NCBI GenBank assembly: GCA_904063045.1
Contig: CAJFCJ010000019.1
Span: 3,044,684-3,108,683 of the forward strand
Direction: 5' to 3'
DNA from: Dimorphilus gyrociliatus
Taxonomy: Eukaryota > Animalia > Annelida
Length of the DNA: 64,000 nt
The notes beneath the pieces were generated by a model. The model made no database searches. It worked only from the letters and a program-made list of their open reading frames with translations, and was not told the DNA's origin. The position numbers were made by a program, and so were the translations under genes. This document shows positions 12,276 to 22,286 of this stretch, piece by piece (position 1 is the stretch's first letter; every line of letters begins with the position of its first letter).

Positions 12276-14678
12276 ATGAACGGTAAATATTATTTTACCA
12301 CACCAACTTCTTTTATTTAAGTCTTACTCCAAAGGGGCGTACATTCTGTGCGCAATTCATAATAAGCAAGCAGTTAATTATCTCTGACGACTTGACAATA
12401 ATATATTTTCAGATGAGGGTACGAAAACAGTTTTAAATGATGAGAAAAGTAAAGATTCTTTGTTAGAGACCTTATTAACATCTATTAAACAGGTAAGATA
12501 CGTAACTTGTTTACATCAACAACATCTAAGTTCATTTCAACAGTGCCAGACTCGATTTGGGGGCAAAGCAGAATTGGCCACAGAATCAAATAAAGAGTAT
12601 GTCATTTTTTTCTTCATTTATCATATTTCCATAAAAACCATTTCAGAGTAAATCATCTCTGTTGTGTATGGGAAAGTATATTTTTACATGGCTTAAAACG
12701 TAATGCTCAGACGACTAAGTTCTCATCTTTATTGTCACCATCACCTACTCTACCACATTCCGTATTATGGTGTTATATTAAAAAACACCTGCTGAATAAA
12801 CATGAGCATCAAAGATTTACTTTATTGAGAAATATTTCTACTGACTACGGGCGAGTAAAAGCTTGGATTCGAGCTTGTCTAAATGAACATTCCTTAGAAA
12901 AGTATATTCTTTTGTTACTCGAGAATGAACCTTCATTAATTCAGTTATACGAATCATGGGCCCTGATTCGAGATGCAGAAAAATCGGCGATGATGCCAAA
13001 TTGTGCTGCCGGCTTAAAATCAATTCTATTTGCTTTGTCTGTCGACAATAGTATGTGGGATGAAATACCACCCAAACAAATATTAAACGTTGAAGAACAA
13101 CACATTGATCTTTCAAAATCTTCTCAGGTCGTTAAAGTAAAGAAAAAGAAGAAGGTAAACGTCGTTCCTCTCAACGAAGAAATGGACGGTAGTTCTTTCT
13201 CAAGCTCTGGCAGAAGCTCCCCATCATCTACTCTTTCACTTGTTATAAGCAGTCAAGCCTGCAAAAAAAGTAATCATAATCGCTCTTCTAGTCTCGATTT
13301 GAATCGGTTAGCCACGAAAAATACTTCAAACAAACTGAAACATCATGAAAGCTATGAAGAATTTTTTAATTCTTATGGCAATAATTATGATAGTTTGGAG
13401 GGAGAGAATGTTATAACTCCTGTTTCTCAAAATGGAGAGTCACCGTCTCTTGTGCCAGTCATGCAGCAAGTTGAAGAAGCTGCAACGGCTTTATCAAATG
13501 TTTTAAACTATCCCACTTGCTCAAATGAAGAAAGCATAGAAAATCCAGGCAAACTAAACAACCAAGATTTAAGACAAGCTGTAGTTGACATGATGGAAAG
13601 AAAAGATGAAGCAGAACAAAAAGTTAACGGTCTAAAAGAATCCCTAAGTGAGGAACAGGCCAAAGTGTGTTCTTTAAAGGATGAATTGAACACAGTTAAA
13701 GGAAAATTCGAACAGGAAATGAAAGTACTAAAAGAAGAAAATAATTTACTGAAGCGTCAATTAAAAAAGTACGTTAGTGCTGTGCAACTGCTACGAGGGG
13801 GCGCTTCAGTTGATCAACTTCCAGTTCATGTACCTGATGTTACGCCAATACCCCCAACGTTACCACCAATAAACATAGAATCAGAGGAATATGAGAAAAA
13901 GTTGATCGAGGTTGCAGATATGCATGGAGAATTAATGGAATTTAATGAAATTTTACAAAAACAAATTAATTCTAAAGATAATTTCATAAAAACCCTACAA
14001 TCTGAATTGACTGAACTAAGGGGACCTCTACCCTCAACGTTAAGTAACGGTGAAAATATCGATGAGTAAGCATTTGATATTTAGAAGCGAAAAATATTAA
14101 ATACAAAATCTATCTCAGGTACACTAGTGTTGGCGCTCTTGTTAATATTTGGATTCCCTGTGCTTTCTTAAAAAATCCTTCATCTCCCAGTGCTCATCAT
14201 GTCTATCAGGTAAATTTTCAAAATAGTCCCTACCAAATTTACATCTTCTTTTTAGATATACGTCCGAATACAAAGCGATGAATGGAATGTATACAGAAGA
14301 TATACTGAATTTTATCGCCTCAAGCATGATACTAAGAAATCTAATAATGAGATAGCTGATTTGGAATTCCCCCCGAAAAAAACTTTTGGAAATCGGGTAA
14401 GATATACATGTTCAGTATATCTATTATGAAATTTCTGTTGCTCCACAGCAAGTACAATTTGTAGAAGAAAGGCGAAAGTCTTTGCAAAAATGGCTGCGAT
14501 CTACTTTAAATATACTTTTGCGAGATCGACGGACAACTTTAAACAAACACCAGTTGCTTGAAATCATACCCTTTCTCAAGTCAGTTTGAAAAATTACTTA
14601 TGAAACCCTTGAAAGACCAGAAACTATTTTAGTCCAGTGACAGCAAAACGCAATCGAATTGCAAGCAGTTCAAGTTAA
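12276..14678 (+). CDS. SNX29: Sorting nexin 29 (RUN, coiled coil, PX)
   Basis: CQTRFGGKAELATES and YGRVKAWIRACLNEHSLEKY (RUN), ELMEFNEILQKQ coiled coil, and a PX domain (IWIPCAFLK..., EWNVYRRYTEF, FPPKKTFGN). The last exon is ambiguous (stop at 14589 or 14678). Confidence 0.9.
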
Positions 14679-14811
14679 CCTGCGTATGAAGTTCTATGCT
14701 TTCTGCAGACAAGAAACTTACATTACTCCTACTGTTTTGAATCATGTTCAATAACTAAATATTAAAATTATTCAATTAATTCTCAGAAGTTCACAATCGT
14801 GTATTCACGCT

Positions 14812-15684
14812 TTAAGCAGATTTACTCTGTCTAGCCTTCCATTTTGAAAGAGGTCCGTGCTCTGGTAAATATTGGACATTAATTCCATCTGGTTGAAGAA
14901 GACCGTTGGCTCTCATTTCTTCGTATTTTTCTCTTGGCCATTTAGTAAATCCCCACTTTTGCGAAACGAAGATTTTCTGTCTTCCTGGGAACTTGAATTT
15001 AGCTCTTCTCAAAGCTTCGATTACTTCATCGCGATGGTTATCTCTAGCACGTACGCTCATAATAGGTTGACCAATATGTACTCTCGCGACAGTTCCTTGC
15101 GGCTTTCCAAAAGCTCCTCTCATTCCAGTTTGAAGCCTGATGAATAGAGTCGTTAGTACATTTCAAAATAAAAAGTTTAAGTATAAGATTATAGTTTATA
15201 TTCAGTATAAAATTATACATCAAATCGTTCAGTCGAAAGATGGTGAAATGGTTTATCATCATGACATAGCTAGTTTAGAAATACATTTGCAGATATTTAC
15301 CTATCAGCTCCAGCGCACGACAACATCTTGTTGATTCGGATAACATGGAAAGGATGAAGTCTAATTCTTAAATGGAAAGCATCTTTTCCGCAATGTTTCA
15401 CCAAATATTTGTTGGCGCAAATTCTACCAGCTTCCAAGGCCTCAGACGAGAGCTGTTCGTATTCATCAGACACTAAATGTACGCAAAGTGGGAAATCGTC
15501 CACGTGGATTTTCTTTTTTCCCAAATCATAGATTCTTATCTTGGGATCGGGTACACCACGGCAAAACCGCGATTTGGGGTACGGTTTGTTTTTACAGTAA
15601 CGATAACTGTAATACAGGACATTGTCATATACACATCACCATGACATGAAAGAATACATACCACCGAGCTGGCCGGCGTCCCAT
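14812..15684 (-). CDS. RPL10: 60S ribosomal protein L10 (uL16)
   Basis: [37 protein letters not shown]...[16 protein letters not shown]. Coding introns at about 15610-15661 and 15137-15300. Confidence 0.98.
15197..15268 (-). ncRNA. Intronic box C/D snoRNA, U32/U51 (yeast snR39/snR59) type, predicted to guide 28S rRNA 2'-O-methylation
   Basis: Box C ATGATGA (15256-15262), D' CTGA (15229-15232), C'-like TTGATG, D CTGA (15202-15205) and a 5-bp terminal stem TATGT/ATATA. The 14-nt guide TTCACCATCTTTCG is antisense to the conserved LSU sequence CGAAAGAUGGUGAA. It sits in a 164-nt intron, about three times the local norm. Confidence 0.88.
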
Positions 15685-15802
15685 ATTTTTGTAAGTTTAA
15701 CTGCTGTAAAGTAATAAATGATTTTAAGATGTTTAAACGTGTAAAGAGACAGATAAAACACAAGATATTATTGGATTTATAAAATGTATCGGCAGAGCAT
15801 AC

Positions 15803-15834
15803 CTCCTTCCACACAACTTAACCGGAAAAGGAAG
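15803..15834 (-). promoter_or_regulatory. RPL10 non-coding first exon starting with a 5'TOP pyrimidine tract (CTTCCTTTTCC)
   Basis: The minus strand reads CTTCCTTTTCCGG...GGAG|gtatgc, followed by an intron ending tttacag shortly before the ATG. This is the typical ribosomal-protein TOP start. Confidence 0.7.
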
Positions 15835-15856
15835 ATGAAATTTTCAAATCTCGGAG

Positions 15857-15866
15857 TCTCGCGAGA
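15857..15866. promoter_or_regulatory. TCTCGCGAGA palindrome in the RPL10/SMC2 bidirectional promoter
   Basis: Exact 10-bp CGCG-element palindrome about 23 bp upstream of the TOP tract. Confidence 0.6.
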
Positions 15867-16000
15867 AAAAATGATATTAAACGGGGTTCCTATCTCAAAC
15901 TAAAGACTCTTTGTTGAATATAAACGGGAACGAGGAACCAGCCTTAACTGACGGAAATGCATTATATTAAGCGCAAAACTTGAAAAGTTTCGGTCCAAAA

Positions 16001-19000
16001 ATGCATATAAAGCGGGTTGAACTTCGTGGTTTTAAATCCTACGGTGAAATGACCATTTTAGATAACTTTGACAGAAATTTTAATGCTATAACTGGCCTGA
16101 ATGGATCTGGAAAATCAAATATTTTTGATGCCATTTGCTTTTGCTTGGGTTTACATGCGTTGAAATCCGTAAATATTTTTCTCTTTAATAGTTTATATAT
16201 TTCATACGAATTTTTTTTTGTTATCCAGATGAGAGTTACGCATACAAAAGATTTAATTTTCAAGGAGGGAACAGGTAATGTAACTGAAGCTCACGTATCC
16301 ATCATTTTTGATAATACTGACAAAAATAATCGGCCAATTGGATATGAAGACACAAATGAAATTTCAATAACTCGCAGTATCAAAGTGAACAGTACTGCAT
16401 CGAGATACACACTAAATGGAAATGTATCTTCTAAAGAAAAAATTGAGGAAATGTTAGCATCTGTTCGAATCAACATGAAGAATCCAACATTTATAATTCT
16501 TCAAGGAAGAATTAAACAAGTAATCAATATGACTCCTATTGAGACTCTTGGCATGGTTGAAGAAGTAATTGGAACCAAAAACTACGAGAAAAAAAAGGCA
16601 GATGCCGTTAAAACGATTGAAGAAAAAAATCAAAAGCTAATTGAGATAGAGAATTTGATAGATAATACTATACGACCTCATCTTATTGAGTGTGAATCTG
16701 CGAAGGAGGTTTACGACAAATACGAGCAGGCAAAGCGAGAGTATGATTACGTTCATAAAAAGCTCATTGCATATGACTTTTTCAAAAATACAATTAAGAT
16801 AGAAAAGTTGACTAAGGACAAAGAAGAGCAGAAATCAGTGATTGAAAAACAGAAAAAGGAGTTAGAAGAAAATAAAGAAAAACAAGAAGATTTACGTGGA
16901 CGAATCAAAACATGCGAAGACGATCTGAAAAATAACCAAGAAATGATAGAATCCAATAAAAATATTCACGAAAAACAAAAAGAAAAGGCTAAGATTCAAG
17001 CTCAGGTAAACTTGATTGAAAAGGACGTTAAAGATGATGAAAAAAACATAAAAGATCTCCAGAATAAGAAAGTCAAGATGGAAAATAATGCAACCCATCA
17101 AAACAACGAATACATTGAAGGAAAAAACCGATCCGAAAATTTGCTAAAAGTCTATGAAGAATCTACTAAGCAACTTCAAAGGGCGACAGACAGCTATATG
17201 GCAGCTTCAGCTGGAAGACAAATGCAACAAGATGGAAGGACTTTAACAGTTCATGAAAAACTTAATGAGGCTGAGAAAGATTTAATAAGAGCTCAAGGAA
17301 GTATTAAAGAATATAAAATGAACATAAAGCACACAGAGAGAAAATTAAAAGAAAAGTCATCCAAGCTTGCTAAAGAGGGCAATAAGGGCGAAGAAGAAAA
17401 ACTAAAGCTTAAAAAGTTGGAAAATGAAAAATTAAAGATTGAGAAACGTTTGGAAGCATGCAACCATGATCCTGAAATTTTTGAACAAATGCAAGTTGAA
17501 GCCGAAAAGCTACTTCATGAAATACAAAAGTTAGAAAAATCAATAGGAGATATAAGAACAAAACATGGATTACCTGAATTGGACTACACTCCTCCTGTTA
17601 ATTTCCGAAAGGAAGAAGTTCATGGAATGGTGTATGAGTTATTTAAAGTGAAAGAAGAGAAGTATACAACGGCAGTTGAATTTAGCTTTCAGGGAATAAC
17701 AAGCGCGGTTCTTTCAAGTGACAACACTGCCTCTAAAATTGCTAAGTATTTACAACGAACGTACAACCTTCTCTGTATGGATAAATTAATGAAATTGGAA
17801 GTATCCGAGGACAAAATGATTGATGCGAAAAGAATTTGCAAAGACGTTCACAATTTAATGGATTTGCTTGAGTATGATACTAAATATGCTAGAGCAATAC
17901 AACGCAGCTTTCCACCAACAATTGTTTGTCCCGACACAAATACTGCTTTCAAAGTTTGCAAGAGTGTTAAAGTAAATACTGTTAGTTTAGATGGGGACAC
18001 TTATAGCCCTCAGGGGTTAATATCTGGAGGTTCGGCTCAAAAGCAAACTAGAATGCTAGGGACAATGAAGCTATATGATGCTCTGCAGACTCTGAAACCA
18101 AAGAAAGAAAAGTACTTAAATTTGAAGAATGAAATAAGTAAAATGTCCAAGATTCACAACGAGTATGAAAACATCCGCCACCAAATGAACCAAATAACGG
18201 GAGAGGAGGAACTACAAAGAGAAATCGTTTCTAGATCAGCTGACAATGAACTTCGAACTGAATGCGACAATTTAAAACAGGAATTAACAACATATCAATG
18301 TCATTTGGAAGACGCTGAAACTAAGCTAGCGACGGCTTCAAGTCTCGTAAAACAATATAAAAACGAAGCTGAAAATTTTGAGGCCACTAAAGAAAGAATC
18401 TTAAAAGAAGCTTCTGAAGGGCTCGCAAAAGCAAAGAAAAATGAAGCCAAAGCAAAGAAAGAATATGAAAATTTCGTTGAAAAATTTTCTACTGTTCAAA
18501 ATGCTCGGTCAACGTACCAGGACGAAATATCTGAATTAGAAGAAGACATGATTAAACTGAAGGAGTTAAATCAAAAACGTGAAGAAGAAATAAAATGTCT
18601 CTTGGAAAGAATATCATCGATTGATGTAGTTTTGCAAGAATTAGATGAAAAGAGACAAAAGATAGAGGAAACTTTCAGTGAGAAAAATAAGGAAATCAAG
18701 ACATTCAAAGATAGCCTAAGATCTCTAGAAGAAAATTCAGTTTCTAAGAGCATAGATATGAATGGTGCTGAAAACTCTTTGAAAGATACGAAAAGAGAAC
18801 TTGAAAATAGAAAAAATTATTTAAGGAAGTTAAACGAAGAGAATCCCTTCATTAGCGAAGAGCAAAACAAATTTGGTCAGAGTGGTACTAATTATGATTT
18901 TGAATTCTTTGATATCAGAAAGCTAGAAAAAGAAGAAGGTAAATGGAGAAAAAAATTAGACGAATTTAATAAAAATACAAACATACGCGCGGCTGAAGCC

Positions 19001-19570
19001 TATGTTCAAAAGAAAAACAGCTATGATGAATTAATAGAAAAAAAAAGAATAGTTCTTGATGATAAAAAGAATCTCCAAATTTTTATAAACAGTGTTGATG
19101 CGGAAAAAGATGAGGCTATAAAGTATGCCTGTCAGAAAGTAAATGTGGATTTCAATAATATATTTGCTATGCTGTTGCCAAATGCGGGAGCAGAGCTGAA
19201 AGCTTACTTCGATACGAAAAACAATCACAAAATTAATGGCTTACAAATAAGAGTTCATTTTGGTGGAAAATGGAAAGAAAGTTTAGATGAACTAAGCGGA
19301 GGGCAGAAATCTCTCATGTCTCTTAGTTTATTATTGGCATTGCTGCGATGTAAACCTTGTCCATTTTATATTTTGGATGAAATTGATGCCGCATTGGACA
19401 CGTCTCATACTCAAAATGTCGGACAAGTGATACATACATTTTTCAGGGATAGTCAATTTTTGATTATTTCTTTAAAACAAAATTTGTTTGCATCAGCCGA
19501 CGTCCTCTACAAGGTAAGCAACATGAATGGACTATCGAAGGTGGAAAGAATTTTTAACGCCAAACGTTAG
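16001..19570 (+). CDS. SMC2: Condensin SMC2-family ATPase (divergent)
   Basis: Walker A NAITGLNGSGKSN, Q-loop LQGRI, hinge GDTYSPQGLISGG, signature LSGGQKS, Walker B/D-loop YILDEIDAALD. Single 60-nt intron at 16169-16228. Confidence 0.9.
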   Translation: MHIKRVELRGFKSYGEMTILDNFDRNFNAITGLNGSGKSNIFDAICFCLGLHALKSVNIFLFNSLYISYEFFFVIQMRVTHTKDLIFKEGTGNVTEAHVSIIFDNTDKNNRPIGYEDTNEISITRSIKVNSTASRYTLNGNVSSKEKIEEMLASVRINMKNPTFIILQGRIKQVINMTPIETLGMVEEVIGTKNYEKKKADAVKTIEEKNQKLIEIENLIDNTIRPHLIECESAKEVYDKYEQAKREYDYVHKKLIAYDFFKNTIKIEKLTKDKEEQKSVIEKQKKELEENKEKQEDLRGRIKTCEDDLKNNQEMIESNKNIHEKQKEKAKIQAQVNLIEKDVKDDEKNIKDLQNKKVKMENNATHQNNEYIEGKNRSENLLKVYEESTKQLQRATDSYMAASAGRQMQQDGRTLTVHEKLNEAEKDLIRAQGSIKEYKMNIKHTERKLKEKSSKLAKEGNKGEEEKLKLKKLENEKLKIEKRLEACNHDPEIFEQMQVEAEKLLHEIQKLEKSIGDIRTKHGLPELDYTPPVNFRKEEVHGMVYELFKVKEEKYTTAVEFSFQGITSAVLSSDNTASKIAKYLQRTYNLLCMDKLMKLEVSEDKMIDAKRICKDVHNLMDLLEYDTKYARAIQRSFPPTIVCPDTNTAFKVCKSVKVNTVSLDGDTYSPQGLISGGSAQKQTRMLGTMKLYDALQTLKPKKEKYLNLKNEISKMSKIHNEYENIRHQMNQITGEEELQREIVSRSADNELRTECDNLKQELTTYQCHLEDAETKLATASSLVKQYKNEAENFEATKERILKEASEGLAKAKKNEAKAKKEYENFVEKFSTVQNARSTYQDEISELEEDMIKLKELNQKREEEIKCLLERISSIDVVLQELDEKRQKIEETFSEKNKEIKTFKDSLRSLEENSVSKSIDMNGAENSLKDTKRELENRKNYLRKLNEENPFISEEQNKFGQSGTNYDFEFFDIRKLEKEEGKWRKKLDEFNKNTNIRAAEAYVQKKNSYDELIEKKRIVLDDKKNLQIFINSVDAEKDEAIKYACQKVNVDFNNIFAMLLPNAGAELKAYFDTKNNHKINGLQIRVHFGGKWKESLDELSGGQKSLMSLSLLLALLRCKPCPFYILDEIDAALDTSHTQNVGQVIHTFFRDSQFLIISLKQNLFASADVLYKVSNMNGLSKVERIFNAKR

Positions 19571-19609
19571 TTTAAATTGTTGGTTTATATGTAATACACA
19601 AGCTTAAGT

Positions 19610-20340
19610 CTATTGTTTTTTCTTTCTGTTTCGAGCTTTTTCCAAGATTGAAGCCACTTGACTAGCACAAAATCCTGTAAACTTTTGAAGCATTCCATGC
19701 TTTCTCAATCCTGGTACCAAAGCTCCAATAAGAACAATCAGATAAGTGAGAAATAAGTTGTCAATAAGATTTCCAATCCAAGCAACGACACAGCAAATCA
19801 CCAATGTAACACATAAATACTACAAAATAATATTTTAGCCTTATAAAGAAATTTCAATTGAACATATTTACCACTGTAGGGTTTTTCTTTTTCATCTGTT
19901 GTATGCATGTGAAGAAGATTTGCAAATGCCGTTTTGCATTTGCAATCCGCTGGCAAATCTGTTCGTATGATTCATCTTTTTCTGAGGACCATCTTTCATT
20001 TTTGAAAAAAAAAGAAAGAACTATAGGCCCCATGAAATCAATGCATGTAAACAGTATTCCCAAGAGAGCAATCGTTGTAAGGAAAGATGGTTGAGCATAC
20101 CATATGAGAGCAAACACAAAAGTGATGCTTGATACTAGGGAAAGAGAATGATAAGGCTTTTCCCACTCAAGAACCCTACTAAGGGGTAACAATAGCTCCT
20201 TGTAATCTTCCAGGGCATGCTTTATTGTGAGGACGTCAGGATTCTGTTTAATATTGCTTTAATAAATTTCTAGGCAAGTGTCAGCGAATATAACGTCAAA
20301 ATTATATGTTTACCTTTTTTAGTTCTGTATTTTCCGCCAT
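19610..20340 (-). CDS. ARL6IP1: ARL6-interacting protein 1 (ER-shaping, reticulon-like)
   Basis: LLPLSRVLEWEKPYH, hydrophobic hairpins, WIGNLIDNLFLTYLIVLIGALVPGL and a C-terminal KKKQ. Four exons. Confidence 0.88.
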
Positions 20341-20452
20341 TTTGAATGAAAAGTAATACTCTAGTGTCGACATCTCTCGGGTTTGATTTTTAAAAAATAC
20401 ACAAACAAAAAGTCGACTAATAATTTTATTCTTCAAATGGGTTAACAGATTA

Positions 20453-20921
20453 TTACATTATTGAGCAATATCTATTATAAATAAATTTAGGAGCTCTAGA
20501 TATTATTTGCAAAATTAAAGAGTGGTTGGGAGTGTTTGACCAATCTACGACTTCTCTAGCCACTACAAAGTTACCCTTCGGTACTTCAGTTTTCTCTGGA
20601 AGAAGCGCACAGTATAAAGCTGTATCGGCTCCTGGAATAAAATATTTGTAATATGTAAGCTAAAGAATTGGTCTACGATTACCTTCATCTGGTGTAAGGA
20701 AACCTTTATGACTGGACATGTCCGTGTTCACAAAACCAGGACACATCTGGATAAAAAAATACATAGAAAAGAATGAAACTTTAATATAGTTTGCCAACCG
20801 AGTTTATTAATATTCCTTGTCTGTCATCATTATCCATTTCTCTCTGTTGAATACCAGTTAAACAACAAACTCCTAATTTCGAAACTCCATAGGCCATAGC
20901 TAAACAATTGTTAAATCAAAA

Positions 20922-20959
<38 letters not shown>

Positions 20960-21707
20960 ATACATTATATGTATAGATATATTAGAAATATATAGTCGAA
21001 AAACGCTATCAAACCTGGCCATCCCTTCTCAGTATGAGTTCCCTCTTCTGCTGATTTCAAAAAATCATTTATCAAAGTTTTTAGGTCATCAGTTGTTGCA
21101 ACATTTTTAAAACAATTTTTTATCTTATCGGATGTTTTGTTAAACGCCATCACTCCTACCCTACTGGATATATGAACTACCCTGCCAAAGAAATATAAAA
21201 ATTATTCACATAACCATCTCTATTAGTATTTGGTATTTATGCATACCGTGCATTTGGTCTCAAAATGGGAAAAAGAATTTCACAAATACGTAACGTTGCG
21301 GTAAAATTTGTTTCAATAGTATCTTTAGCTTGCGTAGGAAAAGGTACAGTAGAAGCTCTCTGATAAAGAAAATTATAAGCTTTGTTCTAAGCAGCTATCT
21401 TCTAGTCAGTAGTCTTTACCTTATAGGCTATAGCAGCATTATTTATCAATACATCCAAACCACCGTATTTATCCATCAAATGTGCCTTGAGATCCTCAAT
21501 GTGACCCTCATTGCGAATATCCAAACGAAAAAAATTTGCTGTTAAACCTTCCTGCTTCATTTGTTCTACGGCACCCTTGCCCAACTCTTCATTTCGAGCT
21601 GTCAAATATACATCTCCATCGAATTGCTTGCAAAGTCCCCGAACGATAGCAAGCCCGATACCTTTGTTTCCTCCAGTTACGATTGCGACCCTTTTTTTTG
21701 TTGCCAT
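20453..21707 (-). CDS. CBR1: Carbonyl reductase (NADPH), SDR family, CBR1/3-like
   Basis: VAIVTGGNKGIG, VYLTARN, LDVLINNAAIAYK, YGVSK catalytic motif, CPGFVNTDMS and TPDEGADT. Six exons. Confidence 0.9.
20923..20954. repeat. (TA)16 microsatellite in a CBR1 intron
   Basis: Perfect TA repeat read directly. Confidence 0.95.
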
Positions 21708-21786
21708 TTATGCTGTAGGAACAAAGGTCAATTCAGAAAAGCAAGTCATCTTGTTAAGAAGTGACTTTTAAACAAAAGTAAGAGAG

Positions 21787-21804
21787 CTCTCTCTCTCTCT
21801 CTCT
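21787..21804. repeat. (CT)9 microsatellite upstream of CBR1
   Basis: Perfect CT repeat, preceded by AGAGAG. Confidence 0.9.
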
Positions 21805-22286
21805 TTCATTCTTGGTTTTTCTTGAAAATGTTCCTTTAGCGAACACAGATTACATGACAGCAGAAATTATCTTAATTTTACAATTTCTTTAAAGAAACTA
21901 TGAATTTGCAATTATTTAAAAATACTAATAGATACAAGTCATGATCATTTCTCTCAGAAATAACAATGCTAAAAAGACTTTCTAATCAATGTTTAATACA
22001 TTTATTCTTTCTCTTTTTAGCAGATCAATTACCTGAAGTATTGTGAATGAAGTATTTGTTGATGCTATCAATAATATTCTAGTCTTCTCAGAATATTTCT
22101 TTTATATGTGTCGTCTGCTTGAAGTTTCTTCTGTGAAAAATACGCCATTTTATATAAGGGCGGTAAATTCAAAATATACAATTTATTGATTCATTACCAG
22201 CTACACCTGTGTTGTGGCAAGGCAACCAGATAAACGAAGAGAATATATATGACAAATTGAAAATATGCTCTTCTTCTGTGGAAAAT

